Part shown: positions 10,607 to 20,346 of the stretch, piece after piece
Layout: each line of letters opens with the position of its first letter
Numbering within the stretch: position 1 is the stretch's first letter
NCBI GenBank assembly: GCA_964291285.2
Contig: OZ219787.1
Span: forward strand, 1,408,001 to 1,472,000
From: Alphaproteobacteria bacterium
GTDB taxonomy: Bacteria; Pseudomonadota; Alphaproteobacteria; Bin95
Direction of reading: 5' to 3'
DNA: 64,000 bases
Program-made: the position numbers and the translations under genes
The notes under the pieces: generated by a model
What the model was told of the DNA's origin: nothing
Seen by the model: the letters and a program-made list of their open reading frames with translations, nothing else
Database searches by the model: none

Positions 10607-11119
10607 TCACTTTATAGCGGCGAGCTCTCGATTCTTTATCTGTTTGGAATTAAGCTTGATTTTTCGTGCAGAGAAGCAGCGATCCAGAAACGGAAGACCC
10701 TTGGACCAGTGTATTCGAAAATTGACACTGAGATTATCGGTGTTTTTGAACAGAATTTCAAGGCATCGAGTCTGACCACCAGGCACCTCCAAAAACACAA
10801 GCTTCTTTTCTTTACACTCCGACGACAAATTCTCATAAGTAAGCACAGTGTCAACATAAACACTGGCATCCGCCCGGGTGATAATTATACATTCAGCTCT
10901 GGGTGAGAGAACTTCAACGTAATCGAGAACGAGCAGTCGACTTGTCGGGTTGGACACGCTCAGTTTGTACTTGTATTTATCGCTCTCGTGGCAGACCAGA
11001 AACTCGACGGTCGGAACTTCCCGTGAGACGACTCTGGCGAAGCCGAGCACGGCAACGACAGCTGCCACGGAAGTTATGAAAGCTGCCGCGAAAGACATAA
11101 TGAGACTCAGAAATTCCAT
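10607..11119 (-). CDS. Hypothetical membrane-anchored protein, AT-rich
   Basis: N-terminal TM helix then beta-rich domain; clearly lower GC than flanks. Confidence 0.6.
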   Translation of the reverse strand: MEFLSLIMSFAAAFITSVAAVVAVLGFARVVSREVPTVEFLVCHESDKYKYKLSVSNPTSRLLVLDYVEVLSPRAECIIITRADASVYVDTVLTYENLSSECKEKKLVFLEVPGGQTRCLEILFKNTDNLSVNFRIHWSKGLPFLDRCFSARKIKLNSKQIKNRELAAIK

Positions 11120-11195
11120 CACGAAAATCCCTGCATATAATTTACAAATCGCAATATGAAGCCGTGCCGTGACTCGCTGCATGCAAGCCAGTCAC

Positions 11196-11393
11196 CTAAC
11201 TGGCCGAATCATGCCCGGCACCTGAGGCAGCAACCGGACGCGCAGGAAGGCGGACATACTCCCGGCCGGACTTTTCCTGCATTGCCCGGATGTCCTGGAA
11301 GATGGCTGCCATGTCATGGTCGAAGCGGGCCGCATGCGCATCCCGTATCGCCCACACTTCAGAAATGATCGGATCAACCGGGGTCTTGTCCAT
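11196..11393 (-). CDS. Small protein coupled to PIN gene (putative antitoxin)
   Basis: DPIISEVWAIRDAHAARFDHDMAAIFQDIRAMQ; overlaps PIN gene end. Confidence 0.7.
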   Translation of the reverse strand: MDKTPVDPIISEVWAIRDAHAARFDHDMAAIFQDIRAMQEKSGREYVRLPARPVAASGAGHDSAS

Positions 11394-11868
11394 GGTTTGC
11401 CTCCATCAGTTCGTTCGGCGTGCAGATCACCGGCGGTTCGCAACCTGCCCCCCGGCAAACCTGTTCGATCCTGGCGCGCATTGCGGCATTGGCAATATGT
11501 CGGAAGTTCCACGTCACCAGAAAATCGATGCCATTGGCAGCAGAGATGGCGATATGTGCTGCATCGTCCGCGGCCTGCCGTGGAACAGCGCCGGCTTCGA
11601 TAAGAGAATGTGCGAGATTCTCCGCCTCCGGTGTCGCATCGAGAAACGCGACAGATTCCAGCGCCTCCAGCCGGCTGCGCGCAGCCTCAGGGTCGCCCGC
11701 TCCGGCTTCCGCGACGACAAGGGCCGACGCAACAAGGTCGAACCGGTCAGGAGCGTTGCGCCACCACTCCCTGGTGATCTCTTGATATGCCGCGATAATC
11801 ATATCTCGCGACGGTCGTGCGGTCAGGTAGCTCACGACCGATGTCTCGATATACGCCGTGGGTCGCAT
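11374..11868 (-). CDS. PIN-domain (VapC-like) nuclease
   Basis: AYIETSVVSY, ADDAAHIAISA, DFLVTWNFRHI, ICTPNEL. Confidence 0.88.
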   Translation of the reverse strand: MRPTAYIETSVVSYLTARPSRDMIIAAYQEITREWWRNAPDRFDLVASALVVAEAGAGDPEAARSRLEALESVAFLDATPEAENLAHSLIEAGAVPRQAADDAAHIAISAANGIDFLVTWNFRHIANAAMRARIEQVCRGAGCEPPVICTPNELMEANHGQDPG

Positions 11869-11878
11869 CGCGACGGCC

Positions 11879-14800
11879 TCACGGTCCACCGGGGCCGGAT
11901 CGGCTGAGGCTGGCCCCTGTGAGCAGGAGGATTGAAGCGATCCGCCGCGCCGTATCGGCAAAGTGCTGCACTTCCCCGGGCAACAGGGGTCGGCCGAGGA
12001 CGGCTCGTTCACGGTAGGACAGCCATTTCTTGAGCACCTGATAGCCGCCCAGGCGGTAGGTCCACACGGCGGCGGGGACACTGCGCCAAAACGCGTCGCC
12101 GTTGAGGTAGATGTCGAAGGTGGTGTCGCCGAGAGCGGGCAATATGTCGCCTAGGTAGGCGCGTTCGGCGGGGGTGAAAGCGCGCTCGACGGCGCGGCCC
12201 TGGCCCGGCATCACCGCGTCGCCCTGACCGTAGTGGCCCCAACCCGCCGTCACCGCGAAGTCGGCACCCGCCATGTTGCGCCCGCCCACGGTGGCGGGGA
12301 CGGCGAGGGCGGCGGCCTCCGGGCGCAGAGGTGCCTGCGTCACGCCGGGGACCGGGGTGTCGGGATCGAGCAGCACGGCAAGTTCGCGCCCGCGCGCCGC
12401 CGACCGAGCGAGTTCTTCTACCGCGCCCTCATCGACGCCATCCGGCCAGCCCGGCAGCGGGATGCGCGGCCACCCCATACGCAATGCCCCAGCGTTCGCC
12501 TCACGGTAGGCCGGATCGTGCAGGGTGGCGAGGACATGGTGAAACAAGTCCTCGACGCCAAGGCAGAGATATCGGAGGTAACAGTGCGCCGCCTCGCTCA
12601 GATTGGCCCTGTGCGTGCCGACACCGTTGCCGCCGAGATCGTCGTCACGAAGCCAGGCCGGGAACAAATGGGCTCCCCGCTCGATCAGGTGCAGCGAGCC
12701 CATGTGGGAAGTGACATACGCTTGAGGTTCCGTCGCTTCTTTGCGGAGATAGCGCGCAGCGGACAGCCAGAGATTCCCCTCGAACACATGCGGCCGGTAG
12801 TTTGCGCGTTTTTCGTCGAGCAGCTTTGTGTCCTTCTCCCAGTAAAGCCACCGGATATCGAAGGGCCGATAGGCGAAGCGGATGAAACCGCCTTCATTCG
12901 GTCCTCCGCGCTTGAGCAGCCCGTCCCGCACCCGACGGGCCTCGAAACGCGCGGCATCGGTCATGGCCACTGGATAGCGCCGGGCGATATCTTCGTGGCT
13001 CAGTTTCGGGTCGAAATAGTCGGCAATCCTCGCCTTGAGCCGATCCAGATCGACATCGACCAGAAATCCGTTCCGACTGGTCTTGACACCCGGAAAGGAT
13101 ATCGGGAACAGATCGGGCAGAGACGGCCAGTCGGTCCAGTCGGCGCTGACCGCCGTTCGCACGAACGGAAGGCCGAGTGGCAGGGCTGGATCGATCCCTT
13201 CGTAGAGCACATCCGGCTCCATCTCAGCCGTCGTGGCGAGTTCCGCGCGTTTGGCCTGCCCCCAGAGATGCCGGAATTCCACCGTATCGGTGGGCCGATG
13301 ATCGGCCTTGCGCACCAGCGTCGCAATCGCCGTGCCGACCTGGATGCCCACCGGATCGCCCCCGGTGGAGAAGATGCTGGGATCGGGCGTACCGTCCGGC
13401 GCGACCTTGCCGGTCCTGTACTTGTCACCGTTCAGGCAGTCGATGCGGATCGTATCGAACGCCTCCAGATAGCGCTCCCGCATCCCGGTGAAGGAGAGGC
13501 CGTCGAGCCACGAGTAATTGGAGATGAAGCAGACCACGCCTTGCCCGGTCTTCTCCGCGATACGCCGTTCGGCCATGCGGAAGAAGCGCACATAGAGGTC
13601 GTTCAGCCCTTGCCCCTCGGGCCGGCGTACCCGCTGCGTCGTGCGGTAGGCTTCGGAGAGTTCCCGTTCCTCGTCCACCGCCATGCCGGCAAAGCCGTTG
13701 TAGGGCGGGTTGCCGAGGATGACGAGGACCGGCGCGTCCTGCTTCACCCGTTCCGCCCGGTCGCGCTCCTCCTCCAACTCCGGGAACGGCAGCGGCTTGG
13801 TCGTGCGCGGCTCCCAGCCGGTCAGCGCGTTGGTCAGGAACACCCCGGCGCGCTCGGTGTCGTCGGCGAGCGGCGCGTCGAGTTCCTGCATGGTGAGCCC
13901 AACCTGAAGATGGGCGACGACGAAGGGCGCGGGCATTATCTCGAAGCCGAACACGCGTTCCGCCGCCGCCTGCCTCACCCGCGCCCCGGCGAGCGCGCCC
14001 AAGCCCTGCCCTTCCAGATTAGAGGCGATGCGGCGCAGCACCTCCGCCAGATAGGCCCCGGTGCCGCAGCACGGATCGAGCACATAGACATGCTCCGCGG
14101 CCAGTCCGTCGGCTATGCCCAGATCGTCCCTCAGCGCCCGGTCCACTCGCGCCACCATGTAGCGCACCACCTCCGCCGGCGTGTACCAGACGCCGAGCTG
14201 TTTCCTGAGCGCCGGATCGAAGGCTTCGAGGAACGGCTCGTAGAAATAGGGCACCGCCTCGCCCTCGCCGAAGCGGGCAAAGAAGGCGGCGCGGTCCACC
14301 CGGTTGAGCGCCGCCGCCGTCCAATCCAGCACCTCGACCAGGCCGAGTGGCTGCAGGCGGCCGGGATCGGAGAGTTGCTGGAACAGTGCTCTGAGCACCG
14401 GCGCGCGCAGATGCCAGACAGCTTCGCGCCAGCGAAATGAGCCAACAGGCGGTGAAACCTGTCGCGCCCACAACACCCAGGCGGAGAAGACGCCGTAGAA
14501 CAGCGTCTGCACCAGCGTCGACCGAAAGAAGCGCGCGCCGCGCTCGCCCTCAAAGCGCACGCCGAGCGCTTCCTCCAGCGCCTGGCGTACCGCCGCCAGT
14601 TGCGGCGCATCGCCCGCCGCCTCGACCCGGGCGAGCCCGTCGCGGGCGTAGGAGGCGAGCAGCCACGCCAGATCCTTCGGCTCGGCCAGCGCGGCGCGGT
14701 GCGACAGAGCGCGGGCGAGATATTCGCTGAGGCCCGCGCCAACATCGCGGGCGAAAGCGCGGGGCTTCCCGATCCTGCGCCGGAAGTCGTCGGCGCTCTC

Positions 14801-15247
14801 AGCCAGCCGCAAGGTCTCGAGTTTCGCCGACCGGCCGGCGGCGTCCTCGCCCAGCAACACGAAGTCGCGCAGGTTAGTCACCAGCACCAGGCGATAGCGG
14901 CCCCAATAGCGGCTGACCTGATCGCCCGAGGCCGTCAGCCACGCATCGTCGGCGAGCGGTTTCACCTCGACGACGCCACACTCCGGCAACTGGCCTTCGC
15001 GAGGCCGGCCCTTCTGCATCTGGCGCGCCGCATAGAGCGCGAAGTCGGGATGCCCCGCGCCTTGGTCGGCAGGCTCCTGAACGCAGTGCACCTTCGGCCT
15101 GAGCGCTGCACCAACGGCATTCAAAAGTCCGTGAAGCGGACCGTAGCTCGACCGCTCGCCGGTAGCGCCGCCCGAGGCGTACACACGACCGAGGTCAGCG
15201 AAGTATGTTTCCGCCGCTGCCGTCAGTTTCTTGTTCGTTTCCGCCAT
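11879..15247 (-). CDS. Single-chain restriction-modification enzyme (nuclease + N6-adenine MTase + Type ISP-like TRD)
   Basis: PDFALY..VEVK (PD-ExK), GVWYTP, LDPCCGTG, GNPPY, YRPFDIRW and YRLGGYQVLKKWLSYR; no helicase motifs. Confidence 0.88.
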   Translation of the reverse strand: MAETNKKLTAAAETYFADLGRVYASGGATGERSSYGPLHGLLNAVGAALRPKVHCVQEPADQGAGHPDFALYAARQMQKGRPREGQLPECGVVEVKPLADDAWLTASGDQVSRYWGRYRLVLVTNLRDFVLLGEDAAGRSAKLETLRLAESADDFRRRIGKPRAFARDVGAGLSEYLARALSHRAALAEPKDLAWLLASYARDGLARVEAAGDAPQLAAVRQALEEALGVRFEGERGARFFRSTLVQTLFYGVFSAWVLWARQVSPPVGSFRWREAVWHLRAPVLRALFQQLSDPGRLQPLGLVEVLDWTAAALNRVDRAAFFARFGEGEAVPYFYEPFLEAFDPALRKQLGVWYTPAEVVRYMVARVDRALRDDLGIADGLAAEHVYVLDPCCGTGAYLAEVLRRIASNLEGQGLGALAGARVRQAAAERVFGFEIMPAPFVVAHLQVGLTMQELDAPLADDTERAGVFLTNALTGWEPRTTKPLPFPELEEERDRAERVKQDAPVLVILGNPPYNGFAGMAVDEERELSEAYRTTQRVRRPEGQGLNDLYVRFFRMAERRIAEKTGQGVVCFISNYSWLDGLSFTGMRERYLEAFDTIRIDCLNGDKYRTGKVAPDGTPDPSIFSTGGDPVGIQVGTAIATLVRKADHRPTDTVEFRHLWGQAKRAELATTAEMEPDVLYEGIDPALPLGLPFVRTAVSADWTDWPSLPDLFPISFPGVKTSRNGFLVDVDLDRLKARIADYFDPKLSHEDIARRYPVAMTDAARFEARRVRDGLLKRGGPNEGGFIRFAYRPFDIRWLYWEKDTKLLDEKRANYRPHVFEGNLWLSAARYLRKEATEPQAYVTSHMGSLHLIERGAHLFPAWLRDDDLGGNGVGTHRANLSEAAHCYLRYLCLGVEDLFHHVLATLHDPAYREANAGALRMGWPRIPLPGWPDGVDEGAVEELARSAARGRELAVLLDPDTPVPGVTQAPLRPEAAALAVPATVGGRNMAGADFAVTAGWGHYGQGDAVMPGQGRAVERAFTPAERAYLGDILPALGDTTFDIYLNGDAFWRSVPAAVWTYRLGGYQVLKKWLSYRERAVLGRPLLPGEVQHFADTARRIASILLLTGASLSRSGPGGP

Positions 15248-15605
15248 GCTGTCTGTTGTCGCCGACGACGGAGCGACATGCAACCACTACCGACACTGAG
15301 ATGCCGCTCACGCGATCAGCATAGCACACCCGCCGGCGGTGGACGCGAATGCGGCAGGTCCCGACCTTGATCGCTAACCACCCGGTAGTTCACGCGGGTC
15401 GGGCCGCCGTCGAATCTGCGCTCCGGCCTGTATCGTCATGTCCGCCGCATCGAAGTGACCGTGCAGCGACATGCGCACGACGCGGTTCGCCACTACAGGC
15501 AGCCATGGAACCGCGATTGTATATCGGCCGGACCGGTCGAGCCCGCACCGCCGCCGACGATACGGGCCGACCGAATGACGCTGCCGATGAACGGGACTTC
15601 GCGCA

Positions 15606-15634
15606 TTGATTTGTTCCCTCGTGCTTCCTATAGT
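15606..15634 (+). promoter_or_regulatory. Sigma70-like promoter for integrase pair
   Basis: TTGATT-N17-TATAGT. Confidence 0.55.
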
Positions 15635-15640
15635 GCCGTT

Positions 15641-16000
15641 CGGAAGCCGCGTGGCGGTTCGCAGGACTGTCTCCGCAAGTGCGCGGCGGGCGCTGTCGCT
15701 CATGCGCCGCTCGGGCTGAATGCCGATGGCACAACGGCTTTCATCGCCCGACGGGTAGAGCGGTCAGGAAGCGCGATTGGAACGCCCTTCGGCGCGGTGG
15801 TTTTCACACCCGACGCATCCTTGATGCAGGGAGCGAGGCCCGGCCGGTCTGCATCGATCGGCAGTTTTCCGTTGCGTGACAGACGGTTGGGCCTGGCCCG
15901 GCCTCTGACCGCGGTTTCGCGCGCGGGTCGCGTTGTCCGTTCAGGAGCGCCGTTCCGTTCCCCCGGGACGGACGGCGCCCGAGGGAACAGACAACGGAGA
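15641..16000 (+). ncRNA. Candidate structured leader RNA upstream of tandem integrases
   Basis: Consecutive stems: 15646-15687, nested 15688-15787, 15815-15827, 15836-15894, 15907-15929 and 15931-15996. Confidence 0.4.
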
Positions 16001-16007
16001 CACGCCC

Positions 16008-17144
16008 ATGCGCATCCATGCCCCCGTCAACGAGCGGACGGTCCGCCGCACCTTCAGGGAGAAGAAACCCGGACGATACGGCCTGACCGTCATCGACAGG
16101 GACCTGCCCGCCTTCGGCTTCACCGTCGCCGGGAACGGGACGAAGACCTTCTTCGTCCGGACCTCGCGCCAGTTCGGCGCGCCCAGGGCGATCCTCGGCA
16201 CGACCGACGACATGACCGCCGCCGAGGCGAGGGAGAAGGCCATTGCCGCCATCGCCGAAGCCAAAGCCGACCGCGAGACCGGGCCGCTGTTCGCCGACTT
16301 CGCGGCCGACTTCATGCGCCGCCAGGGGCGGCGCTGGAAATCCTCCACGAGGAAGGCAAACGCCCATCTGGTCGAGCGCCGCCTCCTGCCCTTCTTCGGT
16401 GCGATGCCCGTCGCGAAGATCGACCGCGCCGATGTGCGGCGCTGGTTCGATTCCCTCAGCGGAACCCCCGGCAGCGCCAACCGGACCCTGCCGGTGCTCT
16501 CGGTGATGATGCGGCAGGCGGAGCTGTGGGACCTTCGCCCGCAGGGTTCCAACCCCTGCCGCAACATGCGGCGCTACAGGACGGCGCCGCGCGAGCGGTT
16601 CCTGTCGCTGGAGGAACTCAAGCGCCTCGGCTTCGTCCTCGACCATGCGGAGGACCGGCAGGCCGCCGCCGCCATCCGCCTGCTGCTGTTCACCGGCGCC
16701 CGGTCGTCCGAGATCGCCAGCCTGCAATGGGACTGGATACGGGACACCCGCGCGGTGTTGCCGGACTCCAAGACCGGGCCGAAGGCGCTCCAGCTTCCCC
16801 CGCCCGCGCGGGCCGTCCTGAATGGCCTGCCGCGCGAGGGACGCTTCGCCTTCCCGAACGGGAAGGGCGACGGCCCGATGACCGACCTCGGCCTGCGCTG
16901 GCAGAAGCTGCGCGGTCTCGCCGGGCTGGACGATGTGCGCATCCATGACTGCCGGCATACCTTCGCCTCCCATGCCGTGATGAGCGGCCTCGACCTCTAC
17001 ACCGTCGGCCGCCTGCTCGGCCATGCCGATACCGCCTCCACCGAACGCTACGCCCATCTCGCCGACGAGCATGTCCGCGAGGCGGCCGGGCGCATCTCCG
17101 GGATCGTCCACGAGGCCATGACCGGGAAGGAGAGCGGGCGATGA
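16008..17144 (+). CDS. Tyrosine recombinase with arm-binding N-terminal domain (1 of 2)
   Basis: TGARSSEI, DSKTG, HDCRH, LLGH, TERYAH; RBS GGAGA. Confidence 0.92.
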   Translation: MRIHAPVNERTVRRTFREKKPGRYGLTVIDRDLPAFGFTVAGNGTKTFFVRTSRQFGAPRAILGTTDDMTAAEAREKAIAAIAEAKADRETGPLFADFAADFMRRQGRRWKSSTRKANAHLVERRLLPFFGAMPVAKIDRADVRRWFDSLSGTPGSANRTLPVLSVMMRQAELWDLRPQGSNPCRNMRRYRTAPRERFLSLEELKRLGFVLDHAEDRQAAAAIRLLLFTGARSSEIASLQWDWIRDTRAVLPDSKTGPKALQLPPPARAVLNGLPREGRFAFPNGKGDGPMTDLGLRWQKLRGLAGLDDVRIHDCRHTFASHAVMSGLDLYTVGRLLGHADTASTERYAHLADEHVREAAGRISGIVHEAMTGKESGR

Positions 17145-18490
17145 GCGGCGGCAGGCATCGTGTCCGGCTCACCGTGAAGGCCGTCGCCGCCGCCAAGCCG
17201 GCGGAACGGGAATACACCCTGTGGGACAATCTGCTGGCGCATTTCGGGGTGCGGATACAGCCCTCCGGCGTCCGGTCCTGGATCGTCCAGACCCGCGTCC
17301 GGGGACGCATGCGCAAGATCACCCTCGGGCGCTTCCCCGAACTGCCTCTCGACGCAGCCCGCCGGGAAGGCGCGGCCGTGCTCGCCCGCCTGTGGGGCGG
17401 CGAAGACGTGACGCCACCGCGCAAGGAGAAGGCGCCGCTGTTCCGGGACTTCGCCGCCCGTTACCGCGAGCGGCGGAAACACCGCTGGAAGCCGTCCTCG
17501 CTCAAGACCTTCGATAGCTACATGAAGAACCGCCTGATGCCGCATTTCGGCAGGCTCCGGCTCGACGCCATCGACCATGCGCGGGTCTCGGCATGGTTCG
17601 ACGCCGCCAGCGCGGACAGGCCCGGCGCGGCCAACCGCGCCTTCGAGATACTCCGCGCCATGCTCGGGACGGCCCGGCAGTGGGGCGACCTCGGCGAGCA
17701 TGTCCCCGATGCCTGCGCCAACATCGTGAAGAACCCCCGCAAGCCCGTCGCGCGCTACCTCAGCCGCGAAGAGCTGGAGCGTCTCGGCGCGGTGCTGGAT
17801 CGACACCGGGAGCAGCACCCCTGGCCGGTGGCGGCCATCCGGCTGTTGACGCTCACCGGAGCGCGGCTCTCCGAAGTCATCAACCTCAGGTGGGACGAGA
17901 TCGGAGAGCTGGGCGGAGACGGCGCGAGCGCGCGCATCGAAGACTCCAAGACCGGGCCGCGCACCATCTGGCTCGGACCCGAAGCGGCAAGGCTGGTCGA
18001 AGCGCTGCCGCGACCGGATGGCCGGGAGCGGGTGTTCCCCGAGACCCTCACATCGGCAAGGCTCTACACCTTCTGGTGCGGTATCCGCGACGAGGCGGGG
18101 CTTCCGGGCCTTCGCATCCACGACTGCCGCCATACCTGGGCCTCGCAGGGCGTCATGAACGGCGTCGGGCTCACCACGGTCGGACGGCTGCTCGGACACC
18201 GCAAGCGGGAGACCACCGCGATCTACGCCCATCTCGACGACAGCGCGCTGCGCGACGCCGCCGCGCAGGCCGCCGCCGTCATCGCGCGCGCCATGGGATA
18301 CAGGGCGGAGGCGCCTCCAATGCCGGACGAGGCGGAACACGGCGATGTGTCGGCTGCCACGCCCGGGCTCCCGGGTCCCGGAAAGCCAATTGCGCCAGAG
18401 GGGGAGGGGGTTCCTCTTCGGAGCAGAACCGGGGATCCGGAGCGATCGGATGCAAGCATCCGCCGAAGACCGCAGGGTATAGAGATCTGA
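17141..18490 (+). CDS. Tyrosine recombinase with arm-binding N-terminal domain (2 of 2)
   Basis: REYTLWD..FGVRIQPSG..KITLGRFP; TGARLSEV, DSKTG, HDCRH, LLGH, TAIYAH; ATGA overlap with gene 1. Confidence 0.92.
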   Translation: MSGGRHRVRLTVKAVAAAKPAEREYTLWDNLLAHFGVRIQPSGVRSWIVQTRVRGRMRKITLGRFPELPLDAARREGAAVLARLWGGEDVTPPRKEKAPLFRDFAARYRERRKHRWKPSSLKTFDSYMKNRLMPHFGRLRLDAIDHARVSAWFDAASADRPGAANRAFEILRAMLGTARQWGDLGEHVPDACANIVKNPRKPVARYLSREELERLGAVLDRHREQHPWPVAAIRLLTLTGARLSEVINLRWDEIGELGGDGASARIEDSKTGPRTIWLGPEAARLVEALPRPDGRERVFPETLTSARLYTFWCGIRDEAGLPGLRIHDCRHTWASQGVMNGVGLTTVGRLLGHRKRETTAIYAHLDDSALRDAAAQAAAVIARAMGYRAEAPPMPDEAEHGDVSAATPGLPGPGKPIAPEGEGVPLRSRTGDPERSDASIRRRPQGIEI

Positions 18491-18714
18491 GTTTGTCGCG
18501 GACGTCGAGCTGATCGGGGAGCGCCAGGCAGGGTCTTTGGCCATGCGCCCTGATCGGGTTGCCGGTCGTCCCGCCAGTTCCAGGGAAAGGGCCCGTCGAG
18601 CCGGCTCTGCGGCGTTCCGGCGATGCGGGCGGGCACATCGACGAGCCAAGCCTGAGGATCGGCCTTGTTGAGCCTAGCGGTGCCGATCAGGGTGTACATG
18701 GCCGCGGCGCGCCT
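18452..18714 (-). pseudogene. IS66 remnant (TnpC C-terminus and terminal IR)
   Basis: RAAAMYTLIGTARLNKADPQAWL..PWNWR; GCAAGCATCCG at 18452 resembles the IS66 end GTAAGCATCCG. Confidence 0.75.
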
Positions 18715-18824
18715 GATTGCGCTCAACTCATTGCAATAAATAGCTCATACTACCATCCGCACACCTCCCAGATCGCCGATCAGGAACATCAAAACAGGCC
18801 GAAGTGGTTCGCAAGGGCGCTCTA

Positions 18825-19648
18825 GGCAGAATCGACATTCATCGCATCCAGAGGATAGCAGAAGCGATGTGTATGAAGGCGAGGAAGTATATTGCTTTTC
18901 GGTCGTATCGGGTTGCGATGCGGCGGAAGTGTTTGATCTTGTTGAAGTAGCGCTCGATGCGGTTTCGGTGTTTGTAGATTTCGGCGTCATAGCCGATGAG
19001 GCGCTTTCGCGTTGGATTGCAGGGGATGACGGCCTCGGCCTCGATGTCGGCGATGCGGTTGCGGATGGCATTGGCGTCGTAAGCAGCGTCGGCGAGCACA
19101 TGGCGGGGCCGAAACCCCTCCATCAACGCCAGGGCCCTTGGCGCGTCGCCGGCCTGTCCGGGCGAGAGGATCACGCGGAGCGGTCGTCCGAGAGTGTCGC
19201 AGGCGATGTGTATTTTGGTCGTCAGTCCGCCTCTGGAACGCCCCAGAGCCTGATCCCGGCCCCCCTTTTCCGGTCGCCGCCTGTTGATGCGCGCGCACGA
19301 TGGTGCTGTCGAGCATGAGATAGCCATTGTCGCGATCCGCCGTTAGGGTATCGAACACCCTCTCCCACACGCCCACTTTGGCCCAGCGTGTGAAACGCTT
19401 GTGCACCGACTTCCACTTCTCATAGCGCGGCGGCAGGTCGTGCCAGTGGGCGCCCGAACGAAGCACCCACAGAACCGCGTTGACGAACAACCGGTTGTCT
19501 GCTCCCGAACGCCCCGGATCGCCCGGCTTGCCCAGAAGCAGACCTTCGATGCGGACCCACTGCGCATCCGTCAGCTCATAGCGCTTCACCATACGCCCAA
19601 CTCCAACCGAAAATCAGTTGGAGCGTCATGAATCACATAATGTCTTCC
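18825..19648 (-). mobile_element. IS5-family (IS427-like) insertion sequence
   Basis: Bounded by CTAG at 18822-18825 and 19648-19651; degenerate IRs GG..GACATT. Confidence 0.75.
18839..19592 (-). CDS. IS5-family transposase, frameshifted
   Basis: RYELTDAQW..MLDSTIVRAHQQAA and GRSRGGLTTKIH, ADAAYD, RNRIERYFNKIKHFRRIATRYD; GAAAAGGGGG at the junction. Confidence 0.9.
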
Positions 19649-19761
19649 TAGGTCCTGTGGACGGATTTGATCAAGATGAAGGCAGCGGCGAGTGCGACGA
19701 AGGAGCTGAAGTTTGTGGCGGTCTTTTCGCAGCGCAGGGCGATGCGTTTGAAGCGTTTGAT
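19648..19761 (-). pseudogene. 3' fragment of another IS5-family transposase
   Basis: IKRFKRIALRCEKTATNFSSFVALAAAFILIKSVHRT*. Confidence 0.8.
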
Positions 19762-20264
19762 TTGAATGGCATGACGGATGATGGGTTGAATTAATACAGC
19801 AATTACAATCCATTACAGTGAGAACACAGGATATTTCCAGAAACGTATCAACACTATGTCATCACGAAGACCGCATCGTCGCGGAAAGCTGTGCGGGGAA
19901 GGCAACCCGCGGGTCTCATAAGGCTCGTGTTGCCCGGCGACCCTCCAGCATTGAGAATGCGGACATGTGTCTCTGGAGCATTCATCCCGGGCATCTTGCC
20001 CCCCGCGGGCTGGCCGTGCTGTGGAGGAGTTGTCACGCGAGGCGGAAGCCCTGCGCGGACGCTCGAACGACCGGCAACAGCCGGATTCCCGGCGCCGCTC
20101 AGGCCTGCGCTGCCGACAGGGCCGACGAACGGCTCCCTGAGCCGAACCGGGCCGTATGAACGGCGGATTGGCGGAAGGTTGGGTACCTCTGTCGGAATTG
20201 GGACTGCCGCAGCGCTCCTATGGCAAGGGCCGTCTCTTCGCTCGGCATGATCGGGACATGGAAA

Positions 20265-20292
20265 GTGCGATATAGCATTTGCTATGTCGCAC
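20265..20292. promoter_or_regulatory. Palindromic operator upstream of defence operon
   Basis: GTGCGATATAGCA-TT-TGCTATGTCGCAC (12/13 arms), 54 bp before the ATG of the HTH-helicase. Confidence 0.6.
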
Positions 20293-20346
20293 GAGATGGT
20301 CTAATCCTTGCGCCCCATGTAATCGAGAAACGACGGGCGACCGGGA

